The notes: generated by a model from the letters alone, not told the origin. DNA of 64,000 nucleotides from Octopus vulgaris (GCA_951406725.2 OX597826.1:56234001-56298000); one strand, 5' to 3'; positions 27,761 through 40,620 are shown, numbered from the stretch's first letter. Made by a program: numbers and translations.

Positions 27761-28309
27761 AAGAGGAGGGAGATGGCAAGGAAGCGAAGGAAGGAAAGAA
27801 GAGGGCCGGGAAGAGGGAGAGGGAGCAGGAAGACGAGAGGGTGGACGAGGAGGTGGACGATGGGGGGGGCGAAAGAAAAAATGAAAAGAAAGAAAAAAGG
27901 AGAAAAGGACAAGAAGAGGATTGATTAAATTGACGCAATAATATAATATATATATATGTGTGTGTGTATGTATGTATATCTATGAATGTATATGTATGTA
28001 TGTTTATATATATATATGTGTGTGTGTGTATGTTTGTATGTATGTATCTATACACACACACATACATACGCATACATACATGGATACATGCACACGAACA
28101 CACACATAGTGAGAAAATAAATTTGGCCGTCTGCCTAGTTAAAAGGAATCAATATTGCGTGCTCACACAAGCAAACTCAACGACGCAAAACCACACCTGT
28201 CTGTGTTCATTTCCTCCTACCTTTACCCAGACGGAGATACCTAACGTGGATAGATATGTAGATAGATAGGTAGAGAGAGAGAGAGTGAGAGAGAGAGAGG
28301 GGGAGGCTC

Positions 28310-29125
<816 letters not shown>

Positions 29126-29591
29126 CACAAGAAAAAAGTGACGGTTGAGAAAAAGAGAGAGGGAGGAGAGAGAGATTGAATGAATAAAGAGAGAGAGAAT
29201 GAAAGTGAAAGTTAGAGAAAGACAGCGAGAATAGAGAGAGAGGGAGGAAAGAGAGAGAGCGAAAGAAAAACCAGAATGAAAGGCAAAAATGAAAGAGAGC
29301 GAAACAAAATCAAACGAAAAAAATATAAAATTAAATAAAAAAAAAATTGTTTAGTGGTCTGTCTCAGTTGACTGGTCATTCTCAATTACCATTGAAGGAG
29401 ACACATCGCAATAGATTTCTTATTTGGTGCGCTGTAAGTCCTCTTATATTCCTCCGCATCATCACGTCATAAAATGTCTTCAAAAATAAATGTTCTCTTT
29501 ATATTCACTAGTGTTATTTTAATCGTCAGTTTCGTTATTTTTATTTGATTATATATTTTACTACACATATATATACATATATATACATATT

Positions 29592-29640
<49 letters not shown>

Positions 29641-30422
29641 ATGTGTGTATGTATGTATGTTTGTTTGTTTTTAGTTTTGTCGTTGTTATTTTGTTTGTTG
29701 GTTTTATATTTTCAATTTCCTCTGTAATGCTTTGGTACTTTCTTTGTTCGTATTCTCTCAGACAACCCTGTAGAATAACAGAGTTCTGGCCACAGTCTGC
29801 TAATCTTCAAACGTCCAAGGTGTGTATACAGATATATATACATATATAAATCTATAAATATATGTATATATATATACTGGCGTTTGCTGCGTGTGTTTGG
29901 AGGTTGTGTGATGTTTCTGTACGTATGTAGCTTTGTATGCGTCTATCTGTATGTATGTATGTATGTATGTATGTATGTATGTATGTATGTATGTATGTAT
30001 GTATGTATGTATGTATGTATGTATGTATGTATGTATGTGTATGTGTGTGTCTATATATGGGAATTTGTGGGCGTTTACGTTTGCGTATATATATGTATGT
30101 GTATTTTAGTGTTTGTATGAATGCATCATATATCATCTGTTCGTATACAATTTCAGTGTATTTCCGTTTGCATTCTATCGGTATTTGTGCATACGTGTAT
30201 GTGTTTGTACGTATGCATATATGTGCATGTATGTACATGTATGTATGCATGTATGTATGTATGTATGTATGCATGTATGTATGTATGTATGTATGTATGT
30301 ATGTATGTATGTATGTATGTATGTATGTATGTATGTATGTACGTATATATGTATATATATATGGGTACGTGTGTATTTGTTTTGTTTTGTGCGTCCATAT
30401 ATGTGTGTATGATTTATGTCAG

Positions 30423-30525
30423 ACGTGTGGTAAGAAGCCTATTTCCCAACTACATGGTTCCGGGTTCACTCCTACGGCGCGGCATCTTGGGGGCAAATGC
30501 CTTATGCGTGTATATGCGAGTGTGT

Positions 30526-30593
<68 letters not shown>

Positions 30594-30800
30594 TTTGTGC
30601 CTGCGTTTGTCCCCAACCACCGCTTGACAACCGGTGTTGGTGTGTTTACCTACCCGAAAACTAGCGGTTGTGCAAAAGTGACCAATAGAATAAGTTCTAG
30701 GATTTTAAAAGATATGTACTGGCATCGATTATGTCGATGGAAAATCTTCTACACGATGACCCAGCACGGCCGCAGTCAAACGACAAAAGCAAGTGAAAAA
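30423..30800 (+). mobile_element. SINE family A, degraded, with (TG)n interior
   Basis: gtgtggtaagaagc..ggttccgggttca..cgcttgacaaccggtgttggtgtg..ggccgcagtcaa. Confidence 0.75.
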
Positions 30801-30870
30801 CGTATGTATGTAAATATCATACATGTATGTATATACTCGTCTATGTACACGTGAATACGTATGCAATGTA

Positions 30871-32101
30871 TGTGCTCCGTTTGCCTTCAGGCACTTGTTC
30901 CACAGCCAGCCTATACTCAACTCGTCCTGTCGAAAGACGCTTGTCCTGACGTCCTGGTTTTGTTATTGTTTTTACGTTATTTTGTATTCCTATCCGTGCT
31001 ATCGTTATTGTTTTTACGTATTTTTGAATTTTTTTCGAGTAACATCGTCCGTTTTTCCGTCACCGTGTTGTATACTTTCGAGGTTTTCTTCCAAGGAATC
31101 TAATGCGACTGGCTTAGATTTCCCTTGGCGGGCTGCCCAGATTGGAGCAATCTCAAGATTAATCAGCCGAAATTGCGAAGATGATCTGGTTCTTGACTGA
31201 TGACTGAGAGCTTCGAAAGTCCCGTCTGTGTTGTTTTTTTGTCGTCTTCAAAATGTTTCACGTTCTTGTCCCAGTTTGTGTTTTTTTAACGTTTACATAT
31301 ATACACGGCGGCTACGTATCCTACCTTTTGACCCTATACTGTAAGTATATTACTCTCTAACATTGGTACGACTCGACTACACTGTCTCTCTTTTCCCCCC
31401 TCTCCTACTTTTCTCTGCCTTCACCCTTTGCACTCCCCTTGTTCTGTCTCTTTCCCTCTTTTTCTTCTCCTCCCTTGTTCCCCTTCTTTCTTTCTCCCTT
31501 CCTCCGTCCCTCCTCTCCCACATTTCTCTGCCTCTCAGACCTTATACCCCACTTGACCTGTCCCTTTCCCTCCCTTGCTTCTCTCTTCATCTGTCCCTTT
31601 CTCCCTTTTGTGCTCACGTGACCAGCTAGCTACTACTGCCTTTTCGCATCAAGTAGTTGGTGTGACCACACGTAATTGTTTGTGCTCCGTTTGCCTTCAG
31701 GCACTTGTTCCACAGCCAGCCTATACTCAACTCGTCCTGTCGAAAGACGCTTGTCCTGACGTCCTGGTTTTGTTATTGTTTTTACGTTATTTTGTATTCC
31801 TATCCGTGCTATCGTTATTGTTTTTACGTATTTTTGAATTTTTTTCGAGTAACATCGTCCGTTTTTCCGTCACCGTGTTGTATACTTTCGAGGTTTTCTT
31901 CCAAGGAATCTAATGCGACTGGCTTAGATTTCCCTTGGCGGGCTGCCCAGATTGGAGCAATCTCAAGATTAATCAGCCGAAATTGCGAAGATGATCTGGT
32001 TCTTGACTGATGACTGAGAGCTTCGAAAGTCCCGTCTGTGTTGTTTTTTTGTCGTCTTCAAAATGTTTCACGTTCTTGTCCCAGTTTGTGTTTTTTTTAA
32101 C

Positions 32102-32108
<7 letters not shown>
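30871..32108 (+). mobile_element. Non-coding element with two ~427-bp direct repeats (period 810 bp), ending in (TA)n
   Basis: 30871-31297 and 31681-32108 are identical by eye except for one T-run length. The spacer is pyrimidine-rich and has no credible ORF. Confidence 0.85.
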
Positions 32109-32193
<85 letters not shown>

Positions 32194-32447
32194 ATATATA
32201 TATATATCACTGTGTGTATGTACTTATGTTTTGAATATATTATATTTGTGTCTGGTCGTTCATGTGTGTGTGTCTGTGTGTGTGTGTGTGTGTGGTGTGA
32301 TATGTTATATCTATTACCTCGTTTCTTCCCTGTTAGCCACTCCAAACAGAGGCATGACATGTCGCTAAGACGAATTAGCCTATCATTTACTCCACAAATG
32401 TTTTGTCATCAATGCTGCACTTTCCCGAATCACCTGTTTCAGCATAA

Positions 32448-32478
<31 letters not shown>

Positions 32479-32524
32479 CAAACTATGCCATTTTCATCCC
32501 GAGCAATGCCGTATATCTCTGCTA

Positions 32525-32594
<70 letters not shown>

Positions 32595-32642
32595 AAACAA
32601 GTCAAGATAGAAAATGCTAAAATAATTTTATAAAGAACATTT

Positions 32643-32680
32643 CAGTAGCGGTTTCGGTCATTTTGAGACCTTTTCAACTG
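32643..32680 (-). ncRNA. Minimal hammerhead motif, U3-A8 variant
   Basis: CAG UUGAAAA GGUC-UCAAAAU-GACC GAAA CCGC UA CUG, in a short element abutting (TA)n. Confidence 0.6.
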
Positions 32681-33116
32681 TAACGATTAAATAATTAAAT
32701 TTAGAAAAATTAAAAGAAAAATTTTTTTAAAGGAATATTTGTATAGTGTTCAAATATTAGTGGTATTCTGCCTTTCTCTGTCTCCCTTGTTTGCACTTGT
32801 GTGTTCGCACACACACACACAAAGGCTTAATCACCAATTCAACATGGATGTTGTACTAGAACACAGAGTACTTCGTTATTTTCTTTGAAATGACCTCTCA
32901 TAATGGATTTGTGGTGCATATAAGCACTCGTTTTTATATCGGTGTCAAACGAGAACATATTTGGGCTCCTCAATATCAGGGGTACGGTAGTGACATAACA
33001 GCCGATGTGTGTGTATGTGTGTTTCTTATTTCATCGAACCGGAAGGATAAAAGTCAAAGTCGTCCCAGGCGGAATTTGGACTCAATAATAATAACAACAA
33101 CCTCAACAACAACAAC

Positions 33117-33186
<70 letters not shown>

Positions 33187-33661
33187 GTAACAACAACAGC
33201 AACAACATTGTCAGCATGGGAACAAAACTATACATTTTAGAGAAAGATATTGAAGATTATATCAACTATAGTAGTTAACAAAATAATTTAACGACATTTG
33301 AAGACTGAAGGCAAGCTCAACCTTTAGGAATAGAGCAGAGGAACATAACTAAATATCCAAAGACATTTCACCAACCTGCTGTCTATTTTACTACAAGTTT
33401 ATCTTTATGAGAATATTTGTTAATCGGTTTAACCAACTACTATTAGTTAACCTGTACGATTTAAACGACTGATGCTTAATTAGTTTTATACTCTTACACA
33501 TGGAGATGAAACACAAAGTCAGCCTCTTAGGAATTTGATTTCAGAACGTAAAGGAACAAAGCAAAATACTACAATACGGCAGCATTTTCTTACATGGCAG
33601 AAGTGAGGCATGTTGTACGACAGTACAACGTTTTATCTCTTTCAAACAGAACGTATATATA

Positions 33662-34228
33662 CGAGGGTGAGTCAAAAAGTAATGACATTTTGTTTAGGAC
33701 GGGTATAATTACCAACACAGGAACATGTATCATACATCAAAATGAGGCTGGTCCTCTGTGTGTACACATCCCTACTTCTCTACATAGTCACCGTTTCTCT
33801 CAATAGCAATGTTCCACCTTCGAATGAGAGCATGTATCGCTGCCCCGTAAAAGTCTGTTGACTGTTCTTTGAGCCACTTCTTCACTACAGTTTTCACTTC
33901 CTCGTCACTGGACTATCATTGTCGCTGGACTATTATCTCTTCGGCCCCATGAAAGAGGGTTTGAGAGGCAAACATTATTCCAGTGACGATGAAGTGAAAA
34001 CTGTAGTGAAGAAGTGGCTCAAACAACAGTCAACAGAATTTTACGGGGCAGGGAAACATGCTCTCATTCGAAGGTGGAACATTGCTATTGAGAGAAACGA
34101 TGACTATGTTAAGAAGTAGGGATGTGGTCCACAGAGGACCAGCCTCATTTTGATGTATGATACATGTTCCTCTGTTGGTATTTATACCTGTCCTAAGCAA
34201 AATGACATTACTTTTTGACTCACCCTCG
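33662..34228. mobile_element. Mariner-derived foldback MITE, both arms from the 3' end
   Basis: TA-cgagggtgagtcaaaaagtaatg / cattactttttgactcaccctcg-TA with ~250-bp inverted arms. Encodes DYYLFGPMKEGLRGKHYSSDDEVK..WL..FY..G..ALIRRW. Confidence 0.92.
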
Positions 34229-34459
34229 TATGATATTCAATTGTAATTTCAGTCGGTAACGATCTCTCTTTCTTAGTCAGGTTACATCTCCTCTCAAAGT
34301 GACGTTTCAACACATCTTTCTATACGATGACCCTATGGATAGTTTATTTCTACTGTTTTTTTTATTTTTTTTAATGTGATAATGGGGTTAAATCATAAGC
34401 ATTTTTCGTCATTTTATGCTCTTTATTTCAGAGAGTTTTTTTTAAACTTTTTTAAATGC

Positions 34460-34870
34460 TGCACAGGAGTGGCTGTGTGGTAAGTAGCTTGCTAACTAAC
34501 CACATGGTTACGGGTTCAGTCCCACTGCGTGGCACCTTGGGCAAGTGTCTTCTATTATAGCCCCGGGCCGACCAATGCCTTGTGAGTGGATTTGGTAGAC
34601 GGAAACTGAAAGAAGCCCGTCGTATATATGTATATATATATATGCGTGTGTGTGTCTGTGTTTGTCCCCCCTAGCATTGCTTGACAACCGATGCTGGTGT
34701 GTTTACGTCCCCGTCACTTAGCGGTTCGGCAAAAGTGACCGATAAAATAAGTACTGGGCTTACAAAGAATAAGTCCTAGGGTCAATTTACTCGACTAGAA
34801 GGCGGTGCTCCAGCATGGCCGCAGTCAAATGACTGAAACAAGTAAAAGAGTAAAAAGAGCAAAAGAGTAA
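34460..34870 (+). mobile_element. Full-length SINE family A
   Basis: Same layout as 26636-27052. Confidence 0.92.
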
Positions 34871-35274
34871 ACATTAAAAATAGATATGTGCAGATTGTGG
34901 AGACGATGTCATAGCTGGGAGGACTTTTCGTAAGTGGCTCACAAGGTTTACGAATAAAATTTTTATCTGTGTGCGTGTGTGATTGTGTGTGTGTGTCTGG
35001 GTTTGTGTGTGGGTGGTGGTGGATGTGTATGTGTGTCTGTGTGTATATGTATAATTTATGTTACTAGAATGTTTGTGTTTATGAGTTCGTTCATGAGTAC
35101 TACAGGAAGCATGTAATTCAGTGCGTGTTATAAGGTTAAATAGTTGTTGACAAAACCGTCAAACCCACCAGGATATCCTGATGAAGAGGGCTGCTATAAA
35201 TTCCATAAGACAAAACCAAAAACATGCCAAAAGTTCGGATGAACCTAGCATAATATCAAACCCACTAACAGGTA

Positions 35275-35430
35275 ATATTGGTATCAAATTTTGGTACAAG
35301 GCCGGCAAGTTCAAGGGAGGAAACAAGTCTGTTACACCGACCTTAGGGTTCCACTGATATTTATTTATCAACCTCGAAAGGATGAAGGGTAAAGTTGACC
35401 TCCACAGAATTTGAACTCAGAACGTAAAGG
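35275..35430 (-). mobile_element. SINE family B fragment
   Basis: ggtacaaggcc..cgaaaggatgaagggtaaagttgacctc..gaatttgaactcagaacgtaa. Confidence 0.75.
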
Positions 35431-35594
35431 ACAAAATGCCACTAAACTAACTTGTAATATTAACCGTTGGCACACAAACACCCGAAATGGAAACCGAACT
35501 CGCTGTAAGACAGCAATTGCACCCGCTAGCACATTTTATTGCACCCGCAGGCCGATATACTCATATGTACATGATATACTCTTTTACAAGATAT

Positions 35595-35988
35595 ACTCAT
35601 TTGATTGTGGCCATGCTGGAGCACCGTCTTTTAGTCGAGCAAATTGAACCCAGGACTTATTCTTTGGAAGCCTAGTACTTATTCTATCGGTCACTTTCGC
35701 CGAACCGCTAAGTTACGGGAACATAAACACACCACCATCGGTTGTCAAGCGATGTTGGGAGGACAAACACAGACACACAAACATATACACGCACACATAC
35801 ATATATATATATATATACATATATACGACGGGCTTCTTTCAGTTTCCGTCTACCAAATCCACTCACAAGGCTTTGGTCGGCCCGGGGCTATAGTGGAAGA
35901 CACTTGCCCAAGGTGCCACGCAGTGGGACTGAACCCGGAACCATGTGGTTCGTAAGCAAGCTACTTACCACACAGCCACTCCTACGCC
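35595..35988 (-). mobile_element. Near full-length SINE family A
   Basis: Reverse complement of 34460-34870. Confidence 0.92.
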
Positions 35989-37461
35989 TATAATAAATTT
36001 TGCAATTATAAAATTTATACAATATTCGTATACCCATTTGCGACGTAGGTTTCGTTTCCACTACGACTTAGAAACGGTTAGACTCGAACAGAAATCGTCC
36101 GATAATTGCCGTTTGAATGGAAATTTTTTTTTCACTAAAAAACACATATTTCTAAATGTATACTATCATCCACAAGAGGCCTAACTACACTCTAGCTCAT
36201 AATACCTCATAAGTAATATAAACGTCCTAAATTCAGTGGCAATGTTAATGAAGATGCTACGCGTTAATTTAATGTGTTAAACTTATCTTTATTAATGTAT
36301 ATCAAATTATACATAGATATATACAAGATTTACACAGATGCAAGAATTAGAACTTGTGGTCCACCCGCGGACCTTTTTCATTGGAAATTTTTGTCCGCCG
36401 CATTAAAAACTTTCCCCACTCTTGCTGTAAGATGACCACGTATGATAAGTAGACTTTTGTACTTTATCCATAGCTCAAGCAGATTTGAATAAGGATGTCA
36501 TTCTCAGTAAATTCCTTTGGAGTCAAACAGATGTCTTGGATTTATAATATCCAATGATCCTATTATTCGATTTGATTTTGGGCGATTTTTCGTATGACCA
36601 ATCAAAGCAATGTGATGCTGTAGCCGCCATGTTTTCTTTTTAACTACAGATTTTTTTTGTTCTTATCCGTGCATATATCTTACTTGTTACCATATGCCAC
36701 TTTGCTACCCTTTACGTCTCGTTGTAGACGCATCAGCGATGCATCAGATTTGGTCGCTTGTTTGTTCCTTCGTTCGATCGTTCTCATTCCCGGTCCTATA
36801 CGTGTCCAGACGACGAGGTTACGACCACACAGAAACCTAAAAACACTTTACAAAGAGACATTAGATTTCAAAATTAGTCATTAAAACTCACATTCTAAAA
36901 ACAATTTACGAAATTAGTATTTCGCATTAATACTGGAAATAAATATTTTTCGTGGAAACAGGAAAATATTCTTAGAGAACTCAAACGGAGATGGCAAAAT
37001 TTATTATCTGTCCTTAAGTATTGATTCTTCAAAATGCTATACACTTAAATCTATTCAACACAGTAAAACAGAATCTTCTCCATACATATCGAAATATATA
37101 AATATAAACAAACATTAATTTCAAATAACTTCGAATTATACAGGAAGTGATAAAGAATTTTTATAACGATAGCGTTGTAAAGAATTTATACAACTCTATC
37201 TGGTTGTGGCTAAGACAGACGTTTCGATTCTCTTTATTACTTCCTGCACACTTACAAATTTTATCAACTCAAATTCAGTGAGATATTTGTTTCTAATGAT
37301 GATGGAGACATATGTCTAGGTGGGTCTCTCACTAGTGAGTCGTGCAAAAAACAACCATATGTCAGAGCTATACGCTTCTATGATGTATGTATGTATGTAT
37401 GTATGTATGTATGTATGTATGTATGTATGTATGTATGTATGTATGTATATATGTATGTATG

Positions 37462-37495
<34 letters not shown>

Positions 37496-37547
37496 TGTAT
37501 GTATGTATGTATGTATGTATGTATGTATGTATGTATGTATGTATATC

Positions 37548-37786
37548 TTTAATCTTTTACTTGTTTCAGTCATTTGACTGCAGCCATACTGGGATACCAC
37601 TCGGAAGAGTTTTAGTCGAAAAATCGACCCCAGAACGGGTTTTTTTTTTCCAAGCCTAGTACTATTCTATCAGTCTCTTACGCCGAACCAATATTTTATT
37701 GGGACGTAAACACCACCAACAACGGTTGTCAGGAGGTGGTGGGAGACAAACACAGACACACACACACACAGAGATATACATGCATA
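37548..37786 (-). mobile_element. SINE family A 3' half, cut at its microsatellite by the Tc1 element
   Basis: cttttacttgtttcagtcatttgactgcagcc...ggttgtcag..acaaacacagacac. Confidence 0.8.
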
Positions 37787-37788
37787 TA

Positions 37789-39350
37789 CAGTAGCACCCG
37801 AAATATAAGGGTCAGAAAGTACAAGTGTATTTATTTTAGAAGATTGATTAAACATTGAGACTAGATATTTTACACATATTTAGATATATTAAATATCTAT
37901 ATTTCGTGAAAATTTCAAGTGAACGGAATAAATATTTCGTATGTTATGAGGAAATAAACAAATAGTCTTCCAAACTGCAACGCCCAGAAGTTAAGGGTCA
38001 TTTATAAAAACAAGGAAAAATGAATATGAACAAAAAAGAAACCCTTACTATTAATACATTGTGAACATCCCTTTACTATCAATGACTTCCTGACATCTTT
38101 TACCACAGGAATGAATTAATTTCTTGCAAACTGATGAAATAATATTGTTCCATTCATTTTGCATAATTCCCAGAGTTCATTTTGGATCTTTGGATTTCTC
38201 CTTTGCGTCCCACTTTCAATAATCTTCCAAACGTTTTCTATAACGTTGAGATCGGGACTCTGAGGTGGCCAGTCCATGAGATCAACCCTTTCATCACTCA
38301 AAAAATCTGTGACTCTCTTCGCAATATGACAGGGAGCGTTGTCCTGCACGAAGATAGGAGGTTCAACTGACGAGGATCGGAGATATGGAAGGTCATGCAG
38401 TCTAAGAATCTGCTTGTAGATTTCAGCATTGACAGTCCCTTGTAGGCGAATAAGTGGACAAGGACCAGCAGCAGAGATCACTTCCAATACCGTTACACTG
38501 CATCCTCCATATTTCCCTGTCTTCTTCACACATGCACGAGATAACCTTTCGCAACTTCTTCGTCGGATATACATCCCGCTATCGGAACCAATTACATTAA
38601 ACTTCGATTCATCGCTAAAATGAACCTGCGACCACCGTTCTTCTGTCCAAATGACATGTTCGTAAGCGAAACGAAGACGGGCTATTTGATTCTCCTTGGA
38701 GATCAGATGTTTCTTTGCTGGCGCCCGAGCAAGCAACCCAGAATATCGTAACATCCGAGAAACTGTTTTGCGCGATACGTTGACATCGGAAGTGGAGCTA
38801 AAACGCGAGATATCTCAGCAGCACTCTTAAACATATCCTTCAGTGACTTTTTAACCATAATATGATCCTGTGTTGCTGACGTTTTACAAGCTCTAGCGGT
38901 TTTGAGTTTAGCATCTGTTGATCCTGATGACTTAAAATGAGCTACAATTCATTGCACAACACCTTTAGACCTTCCTGCGATAGATGCTATCACAGAATTT
39001 GACTTGCTCTCTTGGTGAAGGCACACAATTCTTTGTTTTTCATCACAGGACACCAGTCCTCTCTCACAAGCTGCCATGTTGATAGTTGAATGTTCCAATA
39101 ACGTAAGATCATAAGAAATAACTATTTGCCCATTAACAGTCTTCTAAACAACAAATACCTCGGTTAGTAGTTCATTTTTCCTAAGTGACCCTTAAATTTT
39201 AAACGCTGCAATTTGGTAGATTGTTTGTTTATTTCCTCATAACTTACGAAATATTCATTCCATTCAATTACAATTTTCACGAAGGATAGATATTAAATGT
39301 ATCTAAATATTAATAAAATATCTAATCTCAACGTGTTGTTAATCTTTTAT
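37789..39350 (-). mobile_element. Tc1-family (DD34E) transposon with long IR/DR-type terminal repeats; transposase pseudogene at ~38060-39077
   Basis: FSDESKF, FVQDNAPCH and WPPQSPDLNVIENVW, with 34 residues from D to E. TA-CAGT terminus. 37789-38005 is inverted at ~39182-39350, with internal direct repeat ..taagggtca. Confidence 0.92.
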
Positions 39351-39691
39351 TATAACTACTATTTCAATATACTTTTATTCTTTTACTTGTTTCAGTCATT
39401 GACTGCAGCCATACTGGAGCACCGCTGTAAGCATACATACATATATTGTAATTTATATATAAACATACATATATAACGAAGGTAATTTAAACCCTTAAAA
39501 GGGACGAGGAAACATGATGACTACAGAATTGGTCAGTCTTCCCCTGCTTATCATGCTATTATTTCTAAATGCTTTATTTTATTCTTCATTTTAATTTCAT
39601 CCCATTTAGAACTTTCTTATACTCTGACCATTACGATAGAATAGTAATTTATAAAAACTGTTAGATTCACTTCAACATTTGAATTTAATTT

Positions 39692-39736
39692 GTCAGTGAA
39701 CAGGTGGCGGTCTCAAAGCGACGAAAATATTTTGAC
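39692..39736 (+). ncRNA. Minimal hammerhead motif, G3-C8 variant, capping a 43-bp hairpin
   Basis: GUCA GUGAACA G GUGGC-GGUCUCAAA-GCGAC GAAA AUAU UU UGAC. Stem III is the palindrome AAUAUU, and stem II has one mismatch. Confidence 0.6.
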
Positions 39737-40215
39737 AAATTAAATTTAAATGTCGAAGTGAATCTAACGGTTTTTGTGTGTTTCTTAAATGGCTTATAAA
39801 CACCTTCCACGCTGCAATTGTTTTCGTTCCAGCAAACGATCTCAGATCAAGTCACTCGCTATGCAAGTACATCTCAGTAATTTATATTTTGATTGAAATT
39901 GTATTTTGTCTGTCACTATACCTATGGTTTTAGTTTTGTCTGTAAACTGTAGGGTGTGACACATCATTTTGGATATGCATTATCGCACGGAGTGAAAACA
40001 TGCAAAGCTATACGAAGCTCCGCCTTTGGAATGTAAATAACAAAATCAACGTCACATTTTAAACTCCAGGTGAGTCTTGCATATTTTTACTGATCCACTC
40101 ACAAATGGTATTTCTAATGTACGAGTTGGTGGATTGATTTGTTTTTGTGAAAAGCTTAGCTTATTTATATATATCGTCACAAAGTCATTTACTCACAAAA
40201 GCAAGTGCTCCAATT

Positions 40216-40477
40216 ATATGTAGAGATATGTAAGTATCTCTTTGAAAATCAAAGAGAGAGTGAGAGAGAGAGGGAGAGAGAGAGATGGAGATAGAGATAG
40301 AGAGAGGATAACTACGGATCGAAACCTCCAGTTTCTATATCCAGATTATCAATTCACATTTATACCAATAATTATTACTGGTATAAATGTGAATTGATAA
40401 TGTGGATATAGAATCTGGAAGTTTCGGTGCAATTGTCCGTAGTTATCCTCTCTCTCTCTCTCCCTCTGTATCCATCA

Positions 40478-40510
<33 letters not shown>

Positions 40511-40540
40511 TCTCTGATTTTCAAAGACATATCTACATAT
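40216..40540. repeat. Imperfect palindrome with ~160-bp arms centred at ~40372
   Basis: ctttgaaaatc-(GA)n-gaggataactacgga..attatcaattcacatttatacca is mirrored by tggtataaatgtgaattgataat..tccgtagttatcctc-(CT)n-gattttcaaag. Confidence 0.9.
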
Positions 40541-40620
40541 GTGCATGTATGCATGTATGTACGTACGTACGTATGTATGTATGCATGTATGTATGTATGT
40601 ATGTATGTATGTATGTATGT

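Noticed and set aside
31197-31225. Conventional type I reading CUGAUGA..UUC GAAA GUC, and an HDV-like reading of 31095-31190
   Set aside because: No convincing stems I-III for the first. P1, P3 and J4/2 do not fit for the second.
35170-35215. CTGATGA as a hammerhead core
   Set aside because: No stem II followed by GAAA.
35644-35993. Recurrent ORFs [16 protein letters not shown] / [17 protein letters not shown]
   Set aside because: Antisense translations of SINE family A.
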